Assembly: GCA_963835325.1 (NCBI GenBank)
Contig: CAWIEV010000004.1
Span: forward strand, 79,576 to 143,575
Origin: an uncultured Acidimicrobiaceae bacterium
Lineage (GTDB): Bacteria > Actinomycetota > Acidimicrobiia > Acidimicrobiales > RAAP-2
Direction: 5' to 3'
Length of the DNA: 64,000 nt
How positions within the stretch are numbered: the first letter of the stretch is position 1; each line of letters begins with the position of its first letter. Under the pieces are notes generated by a model. The model made no database searches and had not been told where the DNA came from. It saw nothing but the letters and a program-made list of their open reading frames with translations. Of this stretch, positions 8,388-17,195 are shown piece by piece. The position numbers were made by a program, and so were the translations under genes.

Positions 8388-8410
8388 CGGGGATCGAGAC
8401 CCCGTTTTTT
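8388..8410 (+). terminator. Intrinsic-terminator-like hairpin: CGGGG-atcgaga-CCCCG followed by T6
   Basis: 5-bp GC stem (8388-8392 / 8400-8404), 7-nt loop, T-run 8405-8410. It lies 71 nt after the cyclase stop and 21 nt before the GTG at 8431. T-runs are rare in this sequence. Confidence 0.45.
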
Positions 8411-8430
8411 CGAGAGAAGGGTCGGGTGCG

Positions 8431-9447
8431 GTGTCGAGCACCGATGTGCAGGACAGACAGGTTCCGGTCGTGGCAACCGGCACCGGACCGCGGCGGCCCG
8501 CCGGCGGTCGGCCACCGAGGGATCTCCAGCGGTCGTTTCGGCTGGTCCTGGCCACGGTATGGCTGCTGGACGCGGCGCTCCAGCTCCAGCCCTTCATGTT
8601 CACCCGCGGGTCCAACGGATTCAGCGGAATGCTGAATGGCGAGGCCTCCGGTAACCCCGGTTTCGTCTACCACACGGTGACCTGGAACGCTTCGAACATC
8701 TATCACCAACCGATCCTGACCAATACCATCTTTGCTTCGATCCAGTTCCTGATCGCCTTCGGGATCGTCTACAGGCGGACGTGCAAGCCCGCTCTGGCAC
8801 TCTCCATCTTCTGGGCTATGAGTGTCTGGTGGTTCGGTGAGGCTGCGGGCGAGGTCTTCCAAGGGGGAGCCACTCCCTTCGGCGGTGGGCCGGGAGGAGT
8901 CCTCTTTTACGCGCTCCTCGCTGTCCTGCTGTGGCCGAGCGAGGGTTCCGACCGTCCCTTTGTCGCCGCTCGGACGGTCGGGCCGGCCGCGGCCAAAGCC
9001 ATATGGGCCGTGGTCTGGGGTGTCCTGGCCCTCCTGTCGGTGATCGGCTCGGGCCGTTCGCCCCAGGCGCTTCACGATCTGGTGGCCGGCTTGAACAATG
9101 GGCAGCCGGGTTGGCTGGCCCATATCGACCAGTCGACCGAATCACTGTTCCTCCATGACGGGACGACGATGGCCATCCTGCTGGCCATCGTCTGTGTCGT
9201 CGTGGCCGCGGGGGTGTACATGCCCCCGGCCATGGCCCAGTTCACCGTGGTGCTGGCCATCGTTGTGTTTGCCCTCATCTGGGTTGCCGTCCAGAACGTC
9301 GGGGGGATCCTCGCCGGCGGGGCGACCGACCCCAACTCCGGCCTGCTGGTCATTCTCCTCGCTCTCATCTACTGGCCCTTGACCACCGCTCGAACAACGG
9401 CGATCCCCCGGACGCCCGGCCTCCAGCCGGTGACCGCGGAGGCCTGA
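8431..9447 (+). CDS. Polytopic membrane protein of unknown function (paralog of the N-terminal part of 49223..51120)
   Basis: 338 aa with multiple hydrophobic helices. LVLATVWLLDAALQLQPFMF, WWFGEAAGEVFQGGATPFGGGPGGVLFYALLAVLL and GGATDPNSGLLVILLAL align with LRIAFGGLWLFDGLLQLQTSMP, VWVFGEAFGGIFGPGASWLFGAPGAVFFYVVAGVLL and GGVGTDPNSMIPMALVF in the second locus. Confidence 0.7.
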   Translation: MSSTDVQDRQVPVVATGTGPRRPAGGRPPRDLQRSFRLVLATVWLLDAALQLQPFMFTRGSNGFSGMLNGEASGNPGFVYHTVTWNASNIYHQPILTNTIFASIQFLIAFGIVYRRTCKPALALSIFWAMSVWWFGEAAGEVFQGGATPFGGGPGGVLFYALLAVLLWPSEGSDRPFVAARTVGPAAAKAIWAVVWGVLALLSVIGSGRSPQALHDLVAGLNNGQPGWLAHIDQSTESLFLHDGTTMAILLAIVCVVVAAGVYMPPAMAQFTVVLAIVVFALIWVAVQNVGGILAGGATDPNSGLLVILLALIYWPLTTARTTAIPRTPGLQPVTAEA

Positions 9448-9449
9448 CG

Positions 9450-10124
9450 ATGGCGACGCCCTCATGGCTGTACTACCTCTTCGGTGGCCTGATGCTGGCC
9501 GTCGCCGCCTACTGCCTGACGCTCCTGGTCCTTTCGGTGGCCACGAACCGGCGCGCCGGCCGGGACGTGGAGATCTCCCACATCTTCATGGGTGTGGCCA
9601 TGGCCGGCATGTTCGTCGGTCGGTGGGCTTTCGGTCGTCCCGCGGTATGGGAGATCGTCTTCGCCGCCCTCATGATCTGGTTCCTGGTGGAGAGCATCCA
9701 ATCGGTCCGCCAGTACGGCCTCCACCTTCCCCACGCCTTGATCCACGCCGTGATGAACTTCTCCATGCTTCTGATGTACTGGTTCCCGATGGGGTCGTCA
9801 GCCGGGGCCATGTCGATGTCGGCGGCACCGGGAGCTCCGAAGCTCGATTCCGGGGTCGCCTTCGTCGTAGCCTTCATCCTCTTCGCATCGGCCATCTTCA
9901 CATTGGCCTCGCCGAACAAGGGATCGTCCCACTTCGGGAGCCATGCGCCGGCCTATGCCGTGGTAGGTGGGGTCGGACCCGGGCAACCGGACGTTCGACC
10001 CGAACGGAGATCCGGCTCCGCCGGACTCGCTTTCGAGGAGATCGTCACCACTCCGTGGCTCGTGGACCTGAGCCATGTCGTCATGTGCGTGGCCATGGGG
10101 TTCATGCTCTTGTTGCTGACCTAG
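9450..10124 (+). CDS. DUF5134-like integral membrane protein
   Basis: 224 aa, starting 3 nt after the upstream stop. The N-terminal helix LYYLFGGLMLAVAAYCL and ISHIFMGVAMAGMF resemble DUF5134 proteins as I remember them, which usually sit beside BlaI/BlaR-type genes in actinobacteria. Confidence 0.6.
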   Translation: MATPSWLYYLFGGLMLAVAAYCLTLLVLSVATNRRAGRDVEISHIFMGVAMAGMFVGRWAFGRPAVWEIVFAALMIWFLVESIQSVRQYGLHLPHALIHAVMNFSMLLMYWFPMGSSAGAMSMSAAPGAPKLDSGVAFVVAFILFASAIFTLASPNKGSSHFGSHAPAYAVVGGVGPGQPDVRPERRSGSAGLAFEEIVTTPWLVDLSHVVMCVAMGFMLLLLT

Positions 10125-10226
10125 ATGCGGACGAGCTCGATGCGCACCCGCATCCGGTGTACTCCCCAAACGGTAGAATGGAGCCCCGGCGCCGGCCATG
10201 TGAAGGGATCGAACGAGGATCAAATC

Positions 10227-10664
10227 ATGAGCACGACCTCAACCTGCGCCAATCCGATGTGCACATGCGACCCCTGCGGCTGCGACGACTGTACCTGTGG
10301 TGTGGCCAGGCTCGGAGAACTCGAGCGGCGGGTCATGGAGATTCTCTGGGGGTCAGGTCATCCCGAGATCTCCGTGCGGGGCGTGGCCGATTCGTTGCCC
10401 GACTACGCCTACACGACTGTGGCCACAATTCTGGATCGGCTCGTGCACAAGGGAATGGTGAGGCGGCGCATGGACGGCCGCACGATCCGATTTGCGGCCA
10501 TCGGCAGCCAAGGTGCCCATACGGCGGTTCTCATGCGCAAGGCACTCGGCGAGGACGGCGATCCCGAGGCCGCACTGTTGTGCTTCGTGGCCGGACTCTC
10601 GGATTCGGAGGCGTCAGTGCTTCGCCGTGCGCTCAACCGACTCGATCGCAAGGCGCGAACGTAA
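10227..10664 (+). CDS. BlaI/MecI/CopY-family winged-helix repressor with Cys-rich N-terminal extension
   Basis: ATG 10227 is preceded by GAGGAT. Penicillinase-repressor fold: LGELERRVMEILWGSGHPEISVRGVADSLPDYAYTTVATILDRLVHKGMVRRRMDGRTIRFAAI. It is preceded by STCANPMCTCDPCGCDDCTCG (7 Cys in 17 residues). Confidence 0.8.
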   Translation: MSTTSTCANPMCTCDPCGCDDCTCGVARLGELERRVMEILWGSGHPEISVRGVADSLPDYAYTTVATILDRLVHKGMVRRRMDGRTIRFAAIGSQGAHTAVLMRKALGEDGDPEAALLCFVAGLSDSEASVLRRALNRLDRKART

Positions 10665-10807
10665 CCAGAATCGGGTGGGATCCGGCTCGTTGAGGACTGC
10701 GACCGCCTCACCCATTCCCACCCGGCAGCCCGGCCCGGTCATCCGGTACCTTCCCGGGTCGCCCGCCGGTCCCGGGTGAGACCGTTTCGCTCCCTTACGA
10801 TGCGAGC

Positions 10808-12706
10808 GTGCCAGAAGGTGGTGAGCGAGCCGGGACCGCCCGGCGATCTGCCTGGAGCGTCCTGATCGGAAGGCCGCTGCGGTCGAGCGAGACAGCCAAG
10901 GAGAAGATCACCCCGGTGGAAGGGCTCTCCGCCCTTTCCCTCGACGCCCTGACCTCGGTCGCGTACGGGCCCGAGGCCATCATCGTCGTGCTGGCTCTGG
11001 CCGGAGCCGGGGCCCTGCATCTGGTCCTGCCCATCACGGTGGCCATCGTGGTTCTTTTGGCCATCCTGGTCTTCTCCTACCGCCAGGTCATCGACGCCTA
11101 TCCGGGCGGTGGCGGGGCGTATGCGGTGTCCCGCGCCAACCTCGGCCGCAGCGCCAGCCTGGTCGCGGGGGCGGCCCTGATCGTCGACTACACCCTCACC
11201 GTCGCCGTCTCCATCGCCGCCGGGGTGGGGGCGCTGACGTCGGCGTTTCAGAGCCTCACGCCGGCCACGGTGCCGATCTGCCTCGCCATCCTCGCCGTCA
11301 TCACCCTGCTCAATCTCCGGGGCCTGGGCGAGACCGCTCGGGCCTTTCTGCTACCGACCGTCCTGTTCATCGTCGGCTTGCTCGCCATCATCGCCATCGG
11401 GCTCATCCATCCCCTGGCCCTGAACGTGCCCCAGCCCGGCCACTCACTGATGCCCACGCACGGGCTGCAGGTCGTAGGGATACTGCTGGTGCTGAAGGCA
11501 TTCTCCGCCGGTTGCAGCGCGCTCACCGGCGTGGAGGCGATCGCCAACGGTGTCCCGCTGTTCAAGGAGCCACGGGTGGTCCGGGCCAAGCGAACCGAGC
11601 TCATGCTCGGGGTCATCCTGGGCCTCATGCTGCTGGGCCTGGCCGTTCTGGCCCGACGATGGCATATCGGTCCGCGGTCGAACCAGACCGTCCTCAGCCA
11701 GATCATGGCCACCGCCGTCGGTCGGCACTGGGCCTACTACGTCGTCTCCCTCACCATCACCGTCGTTCTGGCCCTGGCCGCCAACACCTCGTTCGGTGGC
11801 CTTCCTATCCTGGCCAGCCTCCTGGCGCGGGACGATTTCCTCCCCCATCTCTTCTCGATACGCGACGATCGGCAGGTCTTCGGAAACGGCATCTGGGTCC
11901 TTTCGGGCCTTTCCGCCCTGCTGTTGATCGCCGTCCGCGGGAACACCAACGAGTTGATCCCACTCTTCGCCATCGGGGTCTTCACCGGCTTCACCCTCTC
12001 CCAGACCGGCCTGGTCATCCATTGGGGGCGAACCCGCCCACCCGGTTGGCGCCACCGTGCGGTCATCAACGGCTTCGGCGCCGTCATCACCGGGCTGGCC
12101 ACGGCGATATTCCTCGTCTCGAAATTTACCCAGGGGGCATGGGTGGTGGTGGTGGCCGTTCCCGCCTTCGTCATCCTGTTCAGGCGCATCCAGGCCTACT
12201 ACAAACGGGCCGGGTTGGATCTACAAATTGGCATCGTGCCGGCCAAACCGGCTGCCAAACGGACCCTCGTCATCGTTCCGGTGACCGGCGTGTCGCGCCT
12301 GGCTCGGCACGCCATCTCCGAGGCGTTGTCCCTGGGCCAGGAGGTCGTCGCCGTCTCCGTCGTGGTCGACCAGGGTGAGGACAGCGAGCACGCTGCCGAG
12401 ACCCTCGAACGGGAGTGGTCGGCGTGGGACCCCGGCGTGCCTCTCCGCATCCTGCACACCGAGTACGCATCCGTCGTCCGACCCATCGTCGCCTTCATCG
12501 ACGAGGCCCGTAAGGAGGGCGACCGCCAGATCGTGGTCCTCATCCCAGTAGTCGTTCCCGAGCACGTCAGATACCGGATACTCCACAACCAGACCGATCG
12601 GGTGCTCTCGGCCGCCTTGCAGAGTCGTACCGATGTGGTCACGGCCCGGGTCCCGATGTTGATCGAGCCTTTACCCGGCGAGGTCGAGCCGGCCCCAGCC
12701 GATTGA
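10808..12706 (+). CDS. APC-superfamily amino acid/polyamine permease with C-terminal cytoplasmic domain
   Basis: 632 aa with a GTG start. N-terminal LSALSLDALTSVAYGPEAI and GGGAYAVSRANLG, about 12 hydrophobic helices, then a ~170-aa soluble tail. Confidence 0.85.
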   Translation: MPEGGERAGTARRSAWSVLIGRPLRSSETAKEKITPVEGLSALSLDALTSVAYGPEAIIVVLALAGAGALHLVLPITVAIVVLLAILVFSYRQVIDAYPGGGGAYAVSRANLGRSASLVAGAALIVDYTLTVAVSIAAGVGALTSAFQSLTPATVPICLAILAVITLLNLRGLGETARAFLLPTVLFIVGLLAIIAIGLIHPLALNVPQPGHSLMPTHGLQVVGILLVLKAFSAGCSALTGVEAIANGVPLFKEPRVVRAKRTELMLGVILGLMLLGLAVLARRWHIGPRSNQTVLSQIMATAVGRHWAYYVVSLTITVVLALAANTSFGGLPILASLLARDDFLPHLFSIRDDRQVFGNGIWVLSGLSALLLIAVRGNTNELIPLFAIGVFTGFTLSQTGLVIHWGRTRPPGWRHRAVINGFGAVITGLATAIFLVSKFTQGAWVVVVAVPAFVILFRRIQAYYKRAGLDLQIGIVPAKPAAKRTLVIVPVTGVSRLARHAISEALSLGQEVVAVSVVVDQGEDSEHAAETLEREWSAWDPGVPLRILHTEYASVVRPIVAFIDEARKEGDRQIVVLIPVVVPEHVRYRILHNQTDRVLSAALQSRTDVVTARVPMLIEPLPGEVEPAPAD

Positions 12707-12770
12707 ACGTCGACCCGGTGGGGTTCATCGCCTCCGGCTGAGGAGGCGGGGTGATTTCGGGGCCGACGCT

Positions 12771-13040
12771 TCATCCGATCCGGCGGGCAGTGATTCCCTG
12801 ATCATCGACCATGCGTGGGGAGCTGCGCCGTGCGGCTGTCGCACAATGGCCGAATAGGCTCTGCCCTCGACTGCCAACGGTAGCGATCTTGTGGAGACCG
12901 AGAGTGGCGGCCAGGTGGGCCCGTGGCGCTCCGAGCTCGGCCAGGGCCAGACCACCGGGGTCCTCGCCGGCGCCGGATGCGCTGAGTTGGGCCTCGTCCA
13001 TCCACTGGACGATGAAGAAGTGGAGGGCTCTGCCCGGCAT
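12771..13040 (-). CDS. Hypothetical small protein (weak call)
   Basis: 89-aa ORF. Only the first ~45 codons show the GC-rich third positions typical of the neighbouring genes. No recognisable motif. Confidence 0.25.
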   Translation of the reverse strand: MPGRALHFFIVQWMDEAQLSASGAGEDPGGLALAELGAPRAHLAATLGLHKIATVGSRGQSLFGHCATAARRSSPRMVDDQGITARRIG

Positions 13041-13082
13041 CGGGGCTGCCCTCTCTGTGCGGCGGTCGTTCCGGCGCCGGTC

Positions 13083-13970
13083 CTAGGTCAGGGGGGCGGT
13101 CTCGATAGCCGCCAGCCGTTCCATGACCGGACCGAAGGTCGACTCCAGCCAGCCGCCGGGGTCGTCGCCCACGGCACCGGTGACGACGGTTGACACGCCG
13201 ATCCTGGCCAGCGCTTCGGCGCCCCGCACGATGTCGTCGTCCGTCGCATCCGGCGGCATATCGCGGTACATGGCGGTCACCTCGATTTCGTTGGGATCGC
13301 GGCCCACCGCGTCGCAGTGGCGGCGGAGGACGTCGAGCTTCTGCGCCACCTGGTCGGGCCCGCCGAAGATGTTGCACGCGTCGGCATACTGAGCGACGAG
13401 CCGCAGCGTCTTGCGTTCGCCGCCACCGCCGATCAGGATCCGAGGGCGGGGTTCGCTCACCGGCACCGGGCTGCACAGCGTCTCCTCGAGCTGGTAGTGC
13501 CGACCCCGGTAGGGGCCATTGTCGTCGCTCCACATCTGCAGGCAGATCTGGAGCGTCTCTTCGAGCCGCTCGAAGCGCTCCGCCGTCGGTGGGAATGGCA
13601 CGCCGAGGCCCCGGTGCTCACGTTCGTACCATGCCGCGCCGATGCCGAGCTCGGCCCGACCGCTCGACACCACATCGAGGGTCGTGACGATCTTGGCCAG
13701 GAGCCCGGGGTGGCGGTAGGTCACCCCGGTCACGAGGAGCCGCAGCCGCAGCTGTTGGGTGCCACCGGCGATGAATCCCAGGGCCGTGTACCCCTCGAGC
13801 ATCGGGTGCTCGGCCGGCGCCATCCAGTCCATCTGGAAGTAGTGGTCCATGAACGACAGGGTGCGCACGCCGATTGCCTCGGCCCGCTGGGCCAGGTCGG
13901 CCAGGCCCGGCCCGATGCCGCCCTGGCCAGCGGCCCAGTCGAATCGGGAGATGTGGAGATCGAGTTCCAT
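13083..13970 (-). CDS. LLM-class (luciferase-like) F420-dependent oxidoreductase
   Basis: 295 aa with SFMDHYFQM, LEGYTALGFIAGGTQQLRLRLLVTGVTYRHPGLLAKIVTTLDVVSSGRAELGIGAGW and YEREHRGLGVPFP, the typical TIGR03560-type pattern. Confidence 0.85.
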   Translation of the reverse strand: MELDLHISRFDWAAGQGGIGPGLADLAQRAEAIGVRTLSFMDHYFQMDWMAPAEHPMLEGYTALGFIAGGTQQLRLRLLVTGVTYRHPGLLAKIVTTLDVVSSGRAELGIGAAWYEREHRGLGVPFPPTAERFERLEETLQICLQMWSDDNGPYRGRHYQLEETLCSPVPVSEPRPRILIGGGGERKTLRLVAQYADACNIFGGPDQVAQKLDVLRRHCDAVGRDPNEIEVTAMYRDMPPDATDDDIVRGAEALARIGVSTVVTGAVGDDPGGWLESTFGPVMERLAAIETAPLT

Positions 13971-14062
13971 GCTCGCGGTTCTAGCATCGCCCCGCCGGTG
14001 GCCGGGGTCGGGCCCGTTCTACGAGCTGACAGCCGCCGGACGGCACCCTAGAGTCTGCTGGC

Positions 14063-14524
14063 ATGCAGGCCGCCGTTCATCTCCACATCGATGCGCCCCC
14101 CGACAAGGTCTGGGGGCTGGTCAGCGATATCACCAAGATGGGCGAATACAGTCCCGAGGTCATCGAGGCCGAGTGGATCGACGGCGCTACCGGTCCGGCC
14201 GTCGGCGCCCGGTACCGGGGCCATGTGAAGCGGAACGAGAACTGGCCCATCCTCTACTGGACCACCTGCAGGATCACCGAGTGCGAGCCCGGTCGCGTCT
14301 TCGAGTTCGCGGTCATCATGGGGGACCGGCCGGTGAACACCTGGCGCTACGAGTTCCGGGCCACGGATGGCGGAGGCACCGATGTCACCGAGTCCTTCGA
14401 CCTCGGCGACAACGTGTTGACCAAGCTGTGGCGCCCTCTCGGTGGTTTCCTTCGGGAGCGCCGCAACCGGCGTGACATGCTCCGTACGCTCGAACGAGTG
14501 AAGACGGCCGCCGAACGTTCGTGA
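14063..14524 (+). CDS. SRPBCC (polyketide cyclase/dehydrase-like) family protein
   Basis: 153 aa with HIDAPPDKVWGLVSDITKMGEYSPE...RVFEFAV, the START/Bet v1-like signature. Confidence 0.85.
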   Translation: MQAAVHLHIDAPPDKVWGLVSDITKMGEYSPEVIEAEWIDGATGPAVGARYRGHVKRNENWPILYWTTCRITECEPGRVFEFAVIMGDRPVNTWRYEFRATDGGGTDVTESFDLGDNVLTKLWRPLGGFLRERRNRRDMLRTLERVKTAAERS

Positions 14525-14690
14525 TCCACCGTCAGGCTGCTGCCGGAAGACGGCTGCCGGAAGACGGTGACCGCTGCCGGCGTGAGGCGGTACACCGGTC
14601 GTGGGCCTCGCGAATGCCCAAAGGTGGTCGTCGGATATCCGCACCCATGTCGCCCGGGTCCGGCGCAGAGTCGAATCCGGTCCGACTCGA

Positions 14691-14918
14691 CTAGTCGGCC
14701 CCCTTCTCCTCCAGCTGCTCCAGCGGTGGTTTGGCGATCGGAGGCGTCCCGGAGCGCGCACCGCCCCGGTCTGCCGGCTGGGATCGCTCTCGCGTGGCGT
14801 CGACCTTTGCCTCACAGGCCTTTACGATCGCCGGGTCCCCGTCTCTCTCGTGGGCATCGAGGTACTCCCGGGCCTCTCCCACCGTCGCCGGCTTCCAGCC
14901 CTTCTTCCATTCAGGCAT
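14691..14918 (-). CDS. Hypothetical small protein
   Basis: ATG 14918 gives 75 aa (MPEWKKGWKPATVGEAREYLDAHERDGDPAIVKACEAKV...). Codon bias is coding-like. No family recognised. Confidence 0.35.
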   Translation of the reverse strand: MPEWKKGWKPATVGEAREYLDAHERDGDPAIVKACEAKVDATRERSQPADRGGARSGTPPIAKPPLEQLEEKGAD

Positions 14919-15096
14919 GGTCCAGACCGTACCGGTTACTGCTCCGACGTGCATGTCGGAGCACGAGTTTCGGTCGTGGGGCCGGAATCGTCTCGTCGGA
15001 CCCGGAATCATCTCACGGGCGCGGAATCATCTCACGGGCGCGGACACCTGTCCCGGGCCGGAAGAGGTGCCCGGGGCCCAGCGGTCGCCGTGAGTG

Positions 15097-15387
15097 TCAC
15101 GGTCCATCCGCCCCGAGCCTTTCATTGGCCACCGACATCCGGTGGAGGACCTCGGCATGTGCGCTCTCGATCAACGGCAGCGGAACGAACCATCTGATGA
15201 CCGAGTCCATCACGTCCGGTCCACCACCCATGACCCAGTCCACGGGGCCTTCTCTGTCGAATGATGTAGTCATCTGGAAGATCTCCGCCCACTCGATCTC
15301 AGGCTTGCCGCTCAGGTTCCATTCAACCTCCACCCTGTTGCCGACTTCCTTGACGACGGTTCGGTCGACAATGGTGATCTCTGACAT
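15097..15387 (-). CDS. Hypothetical protein
   Basis: 96-aa ORF (MSEITIVDRTVVKEVGNRVEVEWNLSGKPEIEWAEIF...) with a clean ATG start and coding-like composition. Confidence 0.5.
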   Translation of the reverse strand: MSEITIVDRTVVKEVGNRVEVEWNLSGKPEIEWAEIFQMTTSFDREGPVDWVMGGGPDVMDSVIRWFVPLPLIESAHAEVLHRMSVANERLGADGP

Positions 15388-15573
15388 GTGCCAATCCTTC
15401 CTGCCTCAGCGTGGCCGCGGGCGTGATCATCATGCCCACACCCTCTTCGACGCATCGCCTCTTCCCGTATTGCAGCATCGCCATCCCGGTTGCACGATCC
15501 TCGCCAAGGTGCTGGTCTGGGGCCGGACGATACGGGGTGCTGAACCGGCGCCCGGAACACCAGGGTCCTAGAC

Positions 15574-15990
15574 CTAGACGAGGACGGAAAACTCGTCGGG
15601 GAGAACGGCAATGACGTGGTCCATGGTCCCGGGCGCGAACTCATCCCACAGCACCTGCATCACCGCCCGAGCCCCGCTGGCCGCCTCGGCGGCGCTCTTC
15701 AGGTTGGCCTCGCGCTCGATCCGGTTGATGAACTCGTCGAGCGTCAGCTTTTGCGGGGTCGTTCCCGGGTCCCAGCCTTCGTAGAAGATCCCTCGTACGA
15801 GGAGCGGCAGCTGTGCGGCAAGGTGCACGGAGACCTCGGGCCCGACCCGGTCACGCAGCGCGTGGAGTACCGCCCGGAGCAGCCCGTAGGCGTGCTGCCG
15901 GTCATCAATGCCCATTTCCTGACAAAGCCGCTCCAGCCACTGGTTGGTCTTGGAGACAGTTCGGTCGATGACACTTACTTGATGTCCCAT
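15574..15990 (-). CDS. DUF2267 domain protein
   Basis: Start taken at ATG 15990 (MGHQVSVIDRTVSKTNQWLERL...). AYGLLRAVLHALRDRV...LAAQLPLLVRGIFYEGWDP is the DUF2267 repeat pattern. Confidence 0.8.
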   Translation of the reverse strand: MGHQVSVIDRTVSKTNQWLERLCQEMGIDDRQHAYGLLRAVLHALRDRVGPEVSVHLAAQLPLLVRGIFYEGWDPGTTPQKLTLDEFINRIEREANLKSAAEAASGARAVMQVLWDEFAPGTMDHVIAVLPDEFSVLV

Positions 15991-16206
15991 GAACTCCAAT
16001 CCTGCCAGTCCGTCGGTCGGCGGACTAGGGTCGAAGGTCACAGCGAGGACGGGCATCGGGGTCGCCTCCGCCCACGACCACCACCGTCTCCGGGCCCCCC
16101 TGCCGCTGCCTCTGTGAGCCCGCCCCGGCTCTGGGTCGTGACCAGTGGTCCGGGTGGAGGCGCTCCGGTGACCAGCTCCGCCTGAGCGCTTGGCCGGCAG
16201 CGCCGT

Positions 16207-16857
16207 CTAGGAGACGGCGGGAAAAATGGTCGAACGGATCTCCTTGATCGTCGCATCGAGGTCGTCGACGACCAGCTGGATCCTCCGTGCCGCCTCTCGG
16301 TCATCGGTTCGCGTCGCCATGCTGGCCAGTGCCATTCCGTTGGTGGAGATGCGAAGAAGAATCCGGTCGTTCAATTCCCGGGCGATGCGATCTCGCTCGA
16401 GGAGAACCTCCCGGTGCTGCCGTGCGCTCTCGAGCTCCCTCCCGCTCTCGACCTGGTCGGTCACATCTTCGACCTGGTGGATGATGTAGGCGAGGTTCCC
16501 GGCGGCGTCCAGGACTGGCGAGTTGAGCGGTCGCCAGTATCTGACTTCGAACTGACCACCCTCGTCCTGCGGCCGCCGGATGTCATAGTGCTGATCGGCC
16601 ATGGCATCCGGCTTCAGGCTCTGAGCCACCCGGCGCAGGGACGCGCTCAGGTTGGCGACTCCGTCCGCAGAGGCGTCTCCCGGGTTGTCGGGAAAGACAT
16701 CAAACAGGTGCTTGCCGAGGATGCTGCCTCGTTCCGTCATCGTGGCGCTCAGATATGCGTCACTCACCGCCACGATCGACCACTGGGGGTCGAGGACCAA
16801 GAAGCAGCTGGGCGCTGATTCGAACAGCAATTGAAAATCGGGGATCACAACCCCCAC
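16207..16857 (-). CDS. PAS domain protein ending in a degenerate HisKA_3 dimerisation helix, with no HATPase domain
   Basis: 216 aa. PAS fold: FLVLDPQWSIVAVSDAYLSATMTERGSILGKHLFDVFPDNP...FEVRYWRPLNSPV. It is followed by ERDRIARELNDRILLRI..., where the canonical HisKA_3 motif is RIARELHD. The ORF stops ~50 aa later. Confidence 0.75.
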   Translation of the reverse strand: MGVVIPDFQLLFESAPSCFLVLDPQWSIVAVSDAYLSATMTERGSILGKHLFDVFPDNPGDASADGVANLSASLRRVAQSLKPDAMADQHYDIRRPQDEGGQFEVRYWRPLNSPVLDAAGNLAYIIHQVEDVTDQVESGRELESARQHREVLLERDRIARELNDRILLRISTNGMALASMATRTDDREAARRIQLVVDDLDATIKEIRSTIFPAVS

Positions 16858-17195
16858 CTTGCTGCCCTGCCGGTGACCATCGAGTCAATCTAGTTGGGTT
16901 CCGCACAGGGGCGAATGCGGCCCCACCGCCCACTTCCCCAAGCCTTGACGCCGGCAGCCGCCTACCGCGCTCGGCCCAAGGCGACCCCCCGGGGCAGGAC
17001 GCCAGCGCCCCACGATCGAGTGCGTCGCGATCGTGTCGACTCGGCCGGATCGGTCACCTTGCGGGTCCACACCCGCCTCCACTGCGGCGCCTCGTCCTCG
17101 ACCCGACCAAGGACTATCAACTCATGCCTTGACGAAAGTCCTGGTCTACGATGTCTTGACACACCGGTCTCCGATGTCTCGCGACATCACATTTG

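Noticed and set aside
16858-17195. Integrative element or attachment site at the 3' side of tRNA-Thr
   Set aside because: I found no integrase, no direct repeat of the tRNA 3' end and no compositional shift in the flanks.
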